Source of the DNA: an uncultured Candidatus Rokubacteria bacterium
Lineage (GTDB): Bacteria > Methylomirabilota > Methylomirabilia > Rokubacteriales > CSP1-6
NCBI GenBank assembly: GCA_963789955.1
Contig: CAWBMV010000001.1
Location: forward strand, 448,001 to 512,000
Length of the DNA stretch: 64,000 bases
Direction: 5' to 3'
In this document: positions 41,353 through 53,169 of the stretch, in pieces
Position numbering within the stretch: position 1 is the stretch's first letter
Layout of the letters: the number at the start of each line of letters is the position of its first letter
The notes under the pieces: generated by a model
Told to the model about the DNA's origin: nothing
What the model saw: the letters and a program-made list of their open reading frames with translations, nothing else
Database searches by the model: none
Position numbers and translations under genes: made by a program

Positions 41353-41861
41353 ATGGCCGGTGACGCGCCGCTGCTCGAGCGTTTGGCGAAGCTGCCGGCG
41401 GTGCCGGCGGCGGAGGCCCTGAGCTTCCTGGAGCGGCTGGCGAAGCCACAGACCGATCCCGTGATCGGGCCCGCTGTTCGGCGTCGACGAGGAAGGCGAT
41501 GTCGGCGTGAATCCGCTCGTGCCGGCGGTTCTCAAGCAGCTCGCCGACAAGCAGGACCTGACGTGCTATGCCGCGCTCATCGAGGGGCTGACCGGCATCT
41601 GGAACGCCGCGGTCCGCGCGGCCGTCGTGGCGCGCCTGCGCGCATCGGGTCTCGCCGGCGGACGACCTGTTGCTGAAGCTCGGAGCGCTCTCGCCGACCC
41701 TGGGCTTCGCCGCCGAGAAGCCCGAGTGGGCGCGCGAGTGGCTCGCCGACCCGTTCACCCAGGACGCGCTGCTGGTGCAGCAGTGCGTGGTCCGGATGCT
41801 GCTGGCGCTGCGGACGATGGCCGACGCCCGCGCCGCCGAGCTGACGACGACGATCGGCTGA
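41353..41861 (+). CDS. Hypothetical protein, frameshifted
   Basis: SD GGAGGA; consecutive ORF fragments in three frames with host-like codon use. Confidence 0.5.
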
Positions 41862-41904
41862 CCGGGAGGATTCTCGACCAGGTCGAGAGCAAGGAGAGAC
41901 GACG

Positions 41905-42300
41905 ATGGCGATGGTGCCCGAGGGCTACCGTGATCTGCTGAGCAAGAAGTCGTTCGCCCACGTCGCGACGGTCGGCCGCGACGGCGCGCCGCAGGTGACG
42001 CCGGTGTGGATCGACTACGACGGCACCCACGTCCGGTTCAACACGGCCCGGGGACGGGTGAAGGACAAGAACCTCCAGCGCAATCCGAAGATCGCGCTCT
42101 CGATCCAGGATCCCGACAACCCGTACCGATACCTCCAGATCCGCGGGCGAGTCGTCGAGGTGACCGAGAAGGGAGCCGACGAGCACATCGACGCGCTCGC
42201 CAAGAAGTACACGGGTCAGGACCACTACGGTCACCGGCGTCCCGGTGAAGTCCGCATCACCGTCAAGGTCCTGCCCGAGAAGATCCAGAGCATGGGATGA
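41905..42300 (+). CDS. PPOX-class (pyridoxamine 5'-phosphate oxidase-like) oxidoreductase
   Basis: AHVATVGRDGAPQVTPVW, KDKNLQRNPKIAL, PYRYLQIRG, LAKKY. Confidence 0.88.
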   Translation: MAMVPEGYRDLLSKKSFAHVATVGRDGAPQVTPVWIDYDGTHVRFNTARGRVKDKNLQRNPKIALSIQDPDNPYRYLQIRGRVVEVTEKGADEHIDALAKKYTGQDHYGHRRPGEVRITVKVLPEKIQSMG

Positions 42301-42331
42301 GCCTCGGCGAGTCTCGGAGTCGAGCGCGCGG

Positions 42332-44281
42332 ATGATCCAGGTCGAGGAGATCGCGAAGGGCTACGCGGGGCAGCCGATCCTTCGCGATCTGTCGTGGCGG
42401 ATTCCCGATCGCGAGCGGATCGGCCTGGTCGGCCCGAACGGTGCGGGGAAGACGACGCTCTGCCGGCTGCTGGCCGGCGTCGAGGAGCCGGACGCGGGGC
42501 GCATCGTCCGCCCGCGCGAGACGACGGTCGGCTATCTGCCGCAGGAGGCGGCGGGTCATCCCGAGGGATCGGTGCTCGCCGAGGTGCTGGCCGGCTTCGC
42601 GGACGTGTGGCAGGTCGAGCGCGAGATGGAAGACGTCGCCGCGCGCCTCGCCGGGGCGGCCGGCGCCGAGAGCGCGACGTTGACGGCGCGCTACGGCGAT
42701 CTGCAGCACCGCTTCGAGGCGCTCGGCGGCTATCGGCTCGAGACGGAAGCGAACGCGATCCTGAGCGGTCTCGGCTTCCGACCGTCGGATTTCGCGCGGC
42801 CGCTCAGCGAATTCTCGGGCGGCTGGCGGATGCGCGCCATGCTCGCGCGCCTGCTGCTACAGCGCCCGTCGTTGCTGCTGCTCGACGAGCCGACCAACCA
42901 TCTCGACATCGAGTCGCTGGAGTGGCTCGAGTCGTTCCTGGCCGACTACGAAGGCACGGTCGTCATCGTGTCGCACGACCGGTACTTCCTGAACCGAATG
43001 GTCACCTCGATCGCCGAGCTGGCGCCGACCGGGCTCACCGTCTATCCGGGCGACTACGACGAGTATCTGGTGCAGCGGCAGGCGCGGCGCGAGCTGCTCG
43101 AGGCACAGGCGCGCAACCAGGGCAAGCGCATCGCCGAGATCGAGCGCTTCATCGAGCGCTTTCGGTATCAGGCGAGCAAGGCGCGGCAGGTTCAGAGCCG
43201 CGTCAAGATGCTCGACCGTATCGAGCGCGTGGTGATCGAGGACGAGGCACGCGTGATCCGGTTCTCGTTTCCGCAGCCGCCGCGGACGGGGCGCCGGGTG
43301 GCGACGCTCGCGGGCATCCACAAGGCGTACGGCGACAACGTGGTGTACGCGGGCATCGATTTCGAGGTAGAGCGCGGCGCCAAGGTGGCGCTGGTCGGCC
43401 CGAACGGCGCGGGCAAGTCGACCTTGCTCAGGATGATGGCCGGCGCCCTGGCCTTCGACCGCGGTGAGCGCACGCTCGGCGCGCACGTCGCGGTCCACTA
43501 CTACGCGCAGCACCAGCTCGAGGCGCTGACGCCGACCTTGACGATTCTCGAAGAGCTGGAACGCGCGGCGCCCGAGCTCGGGCAGACCCGGCTCCGGACC
43601 ATCCTCGGCACGTTTCTGTTCTCGGGCGACGCGGTGGAGAAGAAGATCTCGGTGCTGTCGGGCGGCGAGAAGGCACGCGTCGCGCTGGCGAAGATGCTCG
43701 TGCGGCCGGCCGCGCTCCTCTGCATGGACGAGCCGACGAACCACCTCGACCTCGCGTCGCGCGAGGTGCTCGAGGCGGCGCTGGCCTCGTTCCCGGGGAC
43801 GATCGTCTTCATCTCCCATGACCGCTACTTCATCAATCGCATCGCGACTCAGGTCGTCGAGGTCACGCGCGGAACGCTCGTCACCTATCTCGGCAGCTAC
43901 GACGACTATCTCGACGCCAAGGCGCGCGCCGCGGCCGAGGCATCCGTCGCGCCGACGCCTCGCCCCCGGCCGGCTCCCGCGGCGCCGCCGCGCCCGGAGC
44001 CGGTCGCGCGCGCGGCGCGGCCGGACGCATCCAGGCGCACCGGCAAGGTCGCGAAGGACGTGCGCGAGCTGCGGCGACGCCTGGAGGACGTGGAGCGGCA
44101 GATCCACGCGCTCGAGGCGCGGCTGGCCGAGATCGGCGAGCGGCTCGGCGACCCGGCGTTCTACGCGGACGGCGAGCGCGTGCGCGCGGTGTCCGCGGAG
44201 CGCAAGAACGCCGAGGAGCAGGTCACGTGGCTCATGCGCGAGTGGGAGCAGCTGTCGACCGCGCTCGCCGCGCATGAGTGA
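42332..44281 (+). CDS. ABC-F family ATPase
   Basis: Two ABC domains (GPNGAGKT/S; FSGGW, LSGGEK; DEPTNHLD), no TM segments, C-terminal coiled coil. Confidence 0.93.
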   Translation: MIQVEEIAKGYAGQPILRDLSWRIPDRERIGLVGPNGAGKTTLCRLLAGVEEPDAGRIVRPRETTVGYLPQEAAGHPEGSVLAEVLAGFADVWQVEREMEDVAARLAGAAGAESATLTARYGDLQHRFEALGGYRLETEANAILSGLGFRPSDFARPLSEFSGGWRMRAMLARLLLQRPSLLLLDEPTNHLDIESLEWLESFLADYEGTVVIVSHDRYFLNRMVTSIAELAPTGLTVYPGDYDEYLVQRQARRELLEAQARNQGKRIAEIERFIERFRYQASKARQVQSRVKMLDRIERVVIEDEARVIRFSFPQPPRTGRRVATLAGIHKAYGDNVVYAGIDFEVERGAKVALVGPNGAGKSTLLRMMAGALAFDRGERTLGAHVAVHYYAQHQLEALTPTLTILEELERAAPELGQTRLRTILGTFLFSGDAVEKKISVLSGGEKARVALAKMLVRPAALLCMDEPTNHLDLASREVLEAALASFPGTIVFISHDRYFINRIATQVVEVTRGTLVTYLGSYDDYLDAKARAAAEASVAPTPRPRPAPAAPPRPEPVARAARPDASRRTGKVAKDVRELRRRLEDVERQIHALEARLAEIGERLGDPAFYADGERVRAVSAERKNAEEQVTWLMREWEQLSTALAAHE

Positions 44282-44579
44282 GTTCTACGCGCCCGTCGAT
44301 CCCGACCTCCTGCGTCGCGAGCGCGCGAAGGCGCGCGAGCTGCGGGCGAGCCAGTGGTGGAAGCGTCGCATCGCCGACGGCGTCTGCTACTACTGCCGGC
44401 GGCGCGTCGGCCATCGCGCGCTGACGATGGACCATCAAGTTCCGCTCGGGCGCGGTGGTCGATCGACGCGCGGCAACGTCGTTCCCTCCTGCAAGGAGTG
44501 CAACACCAACAAGAAGGCGCTGGTCCCGCTCGAGTGGCAGGCGTATCTCGAGCGGCTGCACGATTCCTCGACCGACTGA
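44274..44579 (+). CDS. Small HNH endonuclease
   Basis: CYYC...TMDHQVPLGRGG...NVVPSCKECN. Confidence 0.88.
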   Translation: MSEFYAPVDPDLLRRERAKARELRASQWWKRRIADGVCYYCRRRVGHRALTMDHQVPLGRGGRSTRGNVVPSCKECNTNKKALVPLEWQAYLERLHDSSTD

Positions 44580-44705
44580 CCCGTATCTTCCGCGCGTGTC
44601 CGAATGATTGGACGTTGACGCGTTCCGCCGACGGCGGGTTCAATGGTTTTCGCTCGCGAGCGCTCGAGTGAAATGCCGTGCACCCCGAACGAAGGAGGAA
44701 CGCTC

Positions 44706-45023
44706 ATGAATCGTGTTCGTGTCTCGATCGTCGCGCTGCTCGTCGCGCTCGGATCGCCGGCGTCGTGGTCGGCGAGCGCTGCGCCGCCGTCACACACCGG
44801 AGCGACGACGACGTCCGCGCCGGACGCGGCGCCGGTCAACATCAACACCGCGGACGTCAAGGAGCTGATGAAGCTCGAAGGCGTCGGCCGGCGTGTCGCC
44901 GAGAAGATCGTCGAGTACCGCGACACGCACGGGCCGTTCAAGAAGCCGGACGAGCTCCGGAAGGTCGAAGGCGTCGGCAACGGACTGTGGGAACGGAATC
45001 GCACGCGGATCGTGATCAAGTAG
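44706..45023 (+). CDS. ComEA-like helix-hairpin-helix DNA-binding protein
   Basis: AAGGAGG SD, signal peptide, VNINTA...LEGVG...IVEYR..HGPF...VEGVG. Confidence 0.88.
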   Translation: MNRVRVSIVALLVALGSPASWSASAAPPSHTGATTTSAPDAAPVNINTADVKELMKLEGVGRRVAEKIVEYRDTHGPFKKPDELRKVEGVGNGLWERNRTRIVIK

Positions 45024-45044
45024 CGGGGTTCGGCACTTTGTACT

Positions 45045-45073
45045 TTGGATCACGACCGACCCGGGTGTAGGAT
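45045..45073 (+). promoter_or_regulatory. Putative sigma70 promoter of an intergenic RNA
   Basis: TTGGAT-17 nt-TAGGAT. Confidence 0.55.
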
Positions 45074-45079
45074 TGGGCT

Positions 45080-45423
45080 AAATCGACCGGGACGTCACAG
45101 CGTTCCAGTAGCGTCCCCGCCGACAATTACGCCGGCGGCTGACGTGGTCGAGCCCCGGGCCGGGAGTCGGCATCCGGTTCTGGGTGGGTGGGAACTGGGC
45201 CCGCGTGGCGGCCTTGCCGAGAATAGGAGGTGATCCAGCCGATGTGTAACCCTACGGTGATCTGTGAGGTGGTTGCCTCCTAGGCAGGGTCCACGCTAGC
45301 TCGGGTGGAACGCCTGGGAGTCCAGGCGCCACCGGCCCCGACGGTCCCGCTTTCACCAGCGGGGCGGCGCGACGCGCGAGTGAAAGCAGTACGCGCCGCA
45401 GCCTCCGTCGGGGCTTTTCTTTT
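45080..45423 (+). ncRNA. Putative structured RNA or sORF transcript with antisense complementarity to the 16S rRNA 3' end
   Basis: Promoter upstream, multiple stems, AGGAGGTGATCCAGCCG at 45225-45241, and a 10-bp closing stem plus TTTTCTTTT. Confidence 0.55.
45242..45283 (+). CDS. Putative 13-aa small peptide MCNPTVICEVVAS
   Basis: ATG directly follows the extended SD; TAG at 45281-45283. Confidence 0.4.
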   Translation: MCNPTVICEVVAS

Positions 45424-45531
45424 ATGAGGGGAGGAGACCCCCCTCATGCTCCCCGGCTCTCCTCGCGACGCACGACTCGCGACGCGCCGGCTCTCGGAGC
45501 GCGAGCGCTCCCGGCCGGCTGGTGGTTGGCG

Positions 45532-45558
45532 TGAGCCGGGCAGGAAGTGCCCGGCTCA
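45532..45558. terminator. Hairpin downstream of cspA
   Basis: TGAGCCGGGCA/TGCCCGGCTCA 11-bp stem. Confidence 0.55.
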
Positions 45559-45573
45559 TCGCAGCGTGGCGAG

Positions 45574-45774
45574 CTAGGCTTTCCGGACGTTGGCGGCCTG
45601 GAGGCCCTTCGGGCCCCGGGTCACCTCGAACTCGACGCGATCACCCTCGGTGAGGCTCTTGAAACCCTGAGCCTGGATGGCGCTGAAGTGAACGAAGACG
45701 TCCTCGCCACCCTCTTGCGTGATGAATCCGAAGCCCTTCGCGTCGTTGAACCACTTCACTGTTCCCTGTGCCAT
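45574..45774 (-). CDS. cspA: Cold-shock protein
   Basis: [12 protein letters not shown] (RNP1), VFVHFSAI (RNP2). Confidence 0.96.
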   Translation of the reverse strand: MAQGTVKWFNDAKGFGFITQEGGEDVFVHFSAIQAQGFKSLTEGDRVEFEVTRGPKGLQAANVRKA

Positions 45775-45802
45775 GACGTGTCCTCTTTCTGTGTTGTGGA
45801 GC

Positions 45803-47014
45803 CTAGGCTCCGGTGATCCCGGCTCCGATCGCCGGGGTGATGCGCGCTGCACGCCGTCCCGAGGCCTGATCCCCGTCGGCCGAGGCGCGAGTCAAAATTG
45901 CATGTCCCAGATGTCGCTCGATCACGCGCAGCTGCTCGCGCTCCTCGGGCGCCGCGAAGCTCGTGGCTCGGCCGCTTGCCTCGGCGCGCGCGGTCCGGCC
46001 GATGCGGTGAATGTAGTCCTCGGCCGTGTGTGGCAGATCGAAGTTCACGACGTGCGCGATCTCGGGGACGTCGATCCCGCGCGCCGCGATGTCGGTGGCG
46101 ATCAAGATGCGATAGCGACCACTCCGGAATCCGTCGAGCGCCTCACGGCGTTGCGACATCGAGCGATCCGCGTGCAGGCGCGTCACGCGATGGCCGGCCG
46201 CGCCCACGGCCCGTGCCACCCGGTCGGCGCGATGCTTGGTGCGTGTGAACACGAGCGTGCGGCCGTGCTCCTCGCCGAGAAGCTTCAGGAGGAGCGGCGT
46301 CTTGTCCTGTGTCGGCGCCTTGTAGAGATGCTGCGTGACTTTCGCGACGGGCTTCGCAATCGTGCCCACCTCGATCCTCACGGGACGCACCAGATGGCGG
46401 CGGACCAGGGTCTCGACCGCGGGCGGCATCGTCGCGGAGAAGCAGAGCGTCTGCCGGTCGAGGGGAGTGACGCGCAGGATCCGCTCGACCTGCGGCGCGA
46501 AGCCCATGTCGAGCATGCGGTCGGCTTCGTCGAGAACGACGATGCGGACGGCCCCGAGGCTGAGCGACCGGCGCTCGAGATGATCGGCGAGCCGGCCGGG
46601 AGTCGCCACGATGACGTCCGGCCGCTTCTGGAGCCCGGAGAGCTGCGGCCCCATCGACTCGCCGCCGATGAGAACGAGCGTGCGGACGCCCTGGGCGCCG
46701 CCGAGCATGACGAACGTCTCGGCGATTTGAAGCGCGAGCTCGCGCGTCGGCGCGAGCACGAGCGCACGCGGCCCGGCGCCGGTGCGCTGCGCGAGCGGGG
46801 AATCCGTACGCGTGAGGCGCTCGAGCATCGGGATCGCGAACGCGGCCGTCTTGCCGGTCCCGGTTTGAGCGCAGCCGATCACATCGCGGCCGTCGAGAAT
46901 TGGCTCGATGGTCTTGGCCTGAATCGGGGTTGGCGTCAGATAGCCGGCGCGGGCAATCGCGTCGCACATGGCCGGCGTGAGCAGAGAATCAGTATCCGTA
47001 AACGAACAGAACAT
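45803..47014 (-). CDS. DEAD-box RNA helicase (RhlE-like)
   Basis: [39 protein letters not shown]. Confidence 0.93.
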   Translation of the reverse strand: MFCSFTDTDSLLTPAMCDAIARAGYLTPTPIQAKTIEPILDGRDVIGCAQTGTGKTAAFAIPMLERLTRTDSPLAQRTGAGPRALVLAPTRELALQIAETFVMLGGAQGVRTLVLIGGESMGPQLSGLQKRPDVIVATPGRLADHLERRSLSLGAVRIVVLDEADRMLDMGFAPQVERILRVTPLDRQTLCFSATMPPAVETLVRRHLVRPVRIEVGTIAKPVAKVTQHLYKAPTQDKTPLLLKLLGEEHGRTLVFTRTKHRADRVARAVGAAGHRVTRLHADRSMSQRREALDGFRSGRYRILIATDIAARGIDVPEIAHVVNFDLPHTAEDYIHRIGRTARAEASGRATSFAAPEEREQLRVIERHLGHAILTRASADGDQASGRRAARITPAIGAGITGA

Positions 47015-47101
47015 GAGGATGGAACACCTTTCTGAGTTGCCTCTGTGTTGGGCACCCGGGCCCGTCGCCGAGCCCGGGCGGGAGTAAACAGGGTAGGGTT
47101 A

Positions 47102-47302
47102 CTAGACCTTCCTGACGTTGGCTGCCTGAAGACCCTTCGGACCGCGCGTCACCTCGAACTCGACCCGATCACCTTCCGCAAGACTCTTGAACCCCTGGGC
47201 TTGAATGGCGCTGTAATGGACGAACACGTCCTCGCCGCCCTCCTGCGTGATAAATCCATATCCCTTTGCATCGTTGAACCACTTTACTTGTCCTTGAGCC
47301 AT
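47102..47302 (-). CDS. cspA: Cold-shock protein
   Basis: [20 protein letters not shown]. Confidence 0.96.
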   Translation of the reverse strand: MAQGQVKWFNDAKGYGFITQEGGEDVFVHYSAIQAQGFKSLAEGDRVEFEVTRGPKGLQAANVRKV

Positions 47303-47382
47303 ACCTCGGACCTCTCTTTAGGGGGTCTTCAAGCCCCTGTGCTCCCGCCATCGTGGCGGGGTTGCCCTCCGGGATTGGGGGG

Positions 47383-47420
47383 CAAACAAAAACGCCGCGG
47401 GGACTGGGCCCGCGCGGCGT
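47383..47420 (-). terminator. Intrinsic terminator-like hairpin in the csp 5' leader
   Basis: ACGCCGCG/CGCGGCGT stem followed by TTTTGTTT on the minus strand. Confidence 0.55.
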
Positions 47421-47476
47421 GTGTCTCGATCTATCACAATCGTTACCTGACTCCGTCTTTGCCAGAACCGGCGAGA

Positions 47477-47505
47477 AGAATGACATGCACCTGAACGGAA
47501 GTCAA
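47477..47505 (-). promoter_or_regulatory. Putative csp operon promoter
   Basis: TTGACT-17 nt-CATTCT on the minus strand. Confidence 0.55.
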
Positions 47506-47514
47506 TCGAATTTA

Positions 47515-49988
<2,474 letters not shown>

Positions 49989-50021
49989 CAGGTTCGTAGC
50001 CGTCTCGCAGGGGGTCGGAAG

Positions 50022-50858
50022 GTGAAGATTCGGAAGGTCGTACTGCTCGGCTCCCTGGTGGCCGCTTGCCTCGTGCTGCTCACGCTCCAGACGCGCGGAT
50101 ACGGCTCGGCGGCCGGCGACATCTTCGCCGTCGTCACCGCGCCCATCCAGACCGGGCTCGCGAAGGCGAGCCGCGCCACCTTCGGCCTCTGGACGACCTA
50201 CCTCGACTGGAAAAATGTTCGCGCCGAGAACCGGCGGCTCCGCGAGGAAGTGCAGGAGCTGCGTGTCCAGTCGCTGCGCGTGAGCGAAACGGACGACGAG
50301 AATCGCCGGCTGCGGCGGTTGCTCGCGCTGCAGGAACAGCTGCCGCTGACGACCTTGTCCGGAGAGATCATCGCTCGCGAGTGGGGCGGCTGGATCCGGT
50401 CGCTCACCGTCAACCGCGGTCGGGGGGACAACGTCCCGCGCCTGACCGCGGTGATCTCGCCCAACGGTCTCATCGGCCGCGTCGTCGACGTCCGGCCGGG
50501 CGCGTCGATCGTGCAGGTGCTGACCGACCCGACGTCGACCGTGGGCGCCCACGTGCTGAGAACGCGGACGCCGGGCATCGTCGAGGGCGATCCGCGCGGC
50601 ACGTTGCGGTTCAAGTTCATGGCGCGTGACGGCGCGTCGATCCAGAACGGCGACGTGCTCGTGACCGCCGGGCAGGGTGGACTCTTCCCGCGTGGCATCC
50701 CGATCGGGACCGTGCGCTCGATCGACAATCGCGGCGCCGCGCTCTTTCACTATGCTGAGCTGACGCCGGCCGTGGACTTCGCGCGGGTTGACGAGGTCCT
50801 GCTGGTGACGGGCGACTCGCAACGCGATCTCACCGCGTACTTCCCGACGGGTGGGTGA
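50022..50858 (+). CDS. mreC: Rod shape-determining protein MreC
   Basis: N-terminal TM, coiled coil ENRRLR, GLFPRGIPIG; operon position. Confidence 0.93.
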   Translation: MKIRKVVLLGSLVAACLVLLTLQTRGYGSAAGDIFAVVTAPIQTGLAKASRATFGLWTTYLDWKNVRAENRRLREEVQELRVQSLRVSETDDENRRLRRLLALQEQLPLTTLSGEIIAREWGGWIRSLTVNRGRGDNVPRLTAVISPNGLIGRVVDVRPGASIVQVLTDPTSTVGAHVLRTRTPGIVEGDPRGTLRFKFMARDGASIQNGDVLVTAGQGGLFPRGIPIGTVRSIDNRGAALFHYAELTPAVDFARVDEVLLVTGDSQRDLTAYFPTGG

Positions 50859-51358
50859 TGCGCGCCCTGCTGATCCTGACGGTGGCCGGAGGCTCGGTCG
50901 CGCACGCGACCCTGACCCCGCTCGTCAGCATCGCGGGCGTGACGCCGGACGTGCCGCTGATCATGGTCGTCCTGCTCGCGCTGCGTCGCGGCCCCGAGTT
51001 CGGGTGTATGACCGGCTTCGTCACGGGGTTGCTCCAGGACGCGGCCGGGGGCGGCTTGATCGGCGTTCAGGCTCTGACCAAGGCGGTGATCGGTTTCGTG
51101 ATCGGCGTCGCCGGCGGCCGGCTCCGGGTGAGCCAGCCGCTGGTCCAGGTGCCCGGGCTCGTGGTGTTGACGATCGTCGAAGGCCTCGCGCGCTTTGCGC
51201 TCCTGCAGATCTTCCGCTTCCCGGTGCCGTTCGGTGAGCTCATGACCTATGTCGTGCTCCCGCAGGCGTTGTGCAACGGGTTCGTCGGCGCCGCCTTCGT
51301 GCTGGCGATGGCCTGGGCGCAGACCCTGCGCGACCACTTCGAGGGCAGCCGGCCGTGA
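50855..51358 (+). CDS. mreD: Rod shape-determining protein MreD
   Basis: Hydrophobic, PD..L and GLLQD motifs; operon position. Confidence 0.88.
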   Translation: MMRALLILTVAGGSVAHATLTPLVSIAGVTPDVPLIMVVLLALRRGPEFGCMTGFVTGLLQDAAGGGLIGVQALTKAVIGFVIGVAGGRLRVSQPLVQVPGLVVLTIVEGLARFALLQIFRFPVPFGELMTYVVLPQALCNGFVGAAFVLAMAWAQTLRDHFEGSRP

Positions 51359-53169
51359 CCACCACTCGCCGATCGCTGCCCCGTCGCGACGCCAGCCACC
51401 GGCGCGTCATGGTGATCGCCACCTCGGTGGTGTTCGCCTTCCTCGTGCTCATCGGCCAGCTCTGGTACCTCCAGGTGCTCGAGGGCGGCCGGTTCCTGGA
51501 CGCGTCGGACAAGAATCGGATCCGCGTTCGCCCGATCGCGGCGCCGCGCGGGATCCTGTTCGATCGCCACGGGATGCCGCTGGTCGACAATCGCCCGGCC
51601 TTCACGCTCTCGTTCATCCCCCGCGAGCTGCCGCGTGACGATGAGAGCCGTGACGCCGTGCTCGGCCGCGTGGCCTCGCTGCTCCACATCCCCTATGCGG
51701 ATCTGACGGACGCGGTGGCGCGCGTGCCGTCCGACTCGCTCCTGCCGGTGCGGGTACGGCGCGGCCTGACGCTCGCGGACGTCGCGAAGATCGAGGAGTG
51801 GAAGCTCGAGCTCCCGGGGGTCATCACGGAGGTCGAGCCGCAGCGCGTCTATCCGTCGAGCCGCTTCGCCGCGCATCTGCTCGGCTACGTCCGTGAAGCC
51901 AACGACGAGCAGCTCAAGCAGGGGCGCTACCGGCGCGGCGACATGGTCGGGCAGAGCGGCCTCGAGCGCCTGCTCGACGAGTACCTGCGCGGGCAAGACG
52001 GCGGCGAGCGCATCGAGGTCGACGCGATGGGCCGGCCGGTCCGCCGCGTGCAGGCCACGGAGCCCCACTCCGGCGCGCAGGTGATCACCACGATCGATCG
52101 CGGCATCCAGGAGGCCGCCGAGCGCGCGATGGAAGGTCTCGCCGGCGCGGTCGTGGTCATGGATCCGCGTAACGGCGACGTGCTCGCAATGGTGTCGACG
52201 CCGGCCTTCGAGCTCGATCGGTTCACGGGCACGATCGATCGCGACGCATGGCTGCGCGTGGTGCAGGATCCGAACTTCCCGCTCCTGAACCGTACGATCC
52301 AGACCCAGTACGCGCCGGGCTCCGTGTTCAAGATCCTCGTCTCGGCGGCGGGGCTGCAGGAAGGCAGCATCACCCCGCTCGACCGGAGCTATTGCAACGG
52401 CGAGTTCCATCTGGGCACGTCGACGTTCAAGGACTGGAAGGAAGGCGGCCACGGCACGGTCGACCTCCATCACGCGATCGCGCAGTCCTGCAACATCTTC
52501 TTCTATGAGGCCGGGCTCAAGATCGGCGGCGCGCAGATCGTCCGGTACGCGAACATGTTCGGGTTCGGGCAGCCGACCGCGATCGACCTCCCCGGCGAGA
52601 AGGCCGGGCTCCTGCCGAAGCCCCAGGTGGTGCGCGGGCGCGCCGGGAAAGTATTCCTGCCCGGTGAGACGGTCAACATGTCGATCGGACAGGGCACGGT
52701 GCTGGTGACGCCGATGCAGATCGCGCGGTTCATGGCGGCGGTCGCCAACGGCGGCGTGCTCTGGCGGCCGCGGCTCGTGCAGCGGGTCGAGCGTCCGGAT
52801 CGCGTCGTCTGGAGCGACCAGGGCCAGGTCTCCGGCCACGTCGATCTGTCGCCGGTGGTGTGGGCGTTCCTCCGCCAGAGCCTCTGGGCGGTCGTCAACG
52901 ACAACGGGACGGGCGCGGCGGCGCGGATTCCCGGGCTCGACATCGCGGGCAAGACCGGGACGGCGCAGATGATCGCCAAGTCCAAGGCCGAGAAGGGTCA
53001 GGACCACGCGTGGTTCGCCTCGTTCGCGCCCGCGAAGGCGCCGGAGGTGGTCGTCGTCGTGCTCGTGGAGCGAGGCGGTAAGGGCGGCCAGGTCGCGGCG
53101 CCCATCGCCCGGAAGATCCTGAACGCGATCTTCTTCGAGAAGATCGCCTCGGTGGAGATCGCCGGCTAG
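51355..53169 (+). CDS. mrdA: Penicillin-binding protein 2
   Basis: APRGILFDR, PGSVFK (SxxK), SCN, KTG. Confidence 0.94.
   Translation: MTTTRRSLPRRDASHRRVMVIATSVVFAFLVLIGQLWYLQVLEGGRFLDASDKNRIRVRPIAAPRGILFDRHGMPLVDNRPAFTLSFIPRELPRDDESRDAVLGRVASLLHIPYADLTDAVARVPSDSLLPVRVRRGLTLADVAKIEEWKLELPGVITEVEPQRVYPSSRFAAHLLGYVREANDEQLKQGRYRRGDMVGQSGLERLLDEYLRGQDGGERIEVDAMGRPVRRVQATEPHSGAQVITTIDRGIQEAAERAMEGLAGAVVVMDPRNGDVLAMVSTPAFELDRFTGTIDRDAWLRVVQDPNFPLLNRTIQTQYAPGSVFKILVSAAGLQEGSITPLDRSYCNGEFHLGTSTFKDWKEGGHGTVDLHHAIAQSCNIFFYEAGLKIGGAQIVRYANMFGFGQPTAIDLPGEKAGLLPKPQVVRGRAGKVFLPGETVNMSIGQGTVLVTPMQIARFMAAVANGGVLWRPRLVQRVERPDRVVWSDQGQVSGHVDLSPVVWAFLRQSLWAVVNDNGTGAAARIPGLDIAGKTGTAQMIAKSKAEKGQDHAWFASFAPAKAPEVVVVVLVERGGKGGQVAAPIARKILNAIFFEKIASVEIAG

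Noticed and set aside
45225..45260. 16S rRNA gene on the minus strand
   Set aside because: Similarity is limited to about 25 nt and the flanks lack any further 16S sequence (e.g. TACCTTGTTACGACTT).
45080..45423. tmRNA, SRP or group II intron identity
   Set aside because: No tRNA-like ends or T-arm, no SRP GGAA/AGCAG loop, no convincing domain V.
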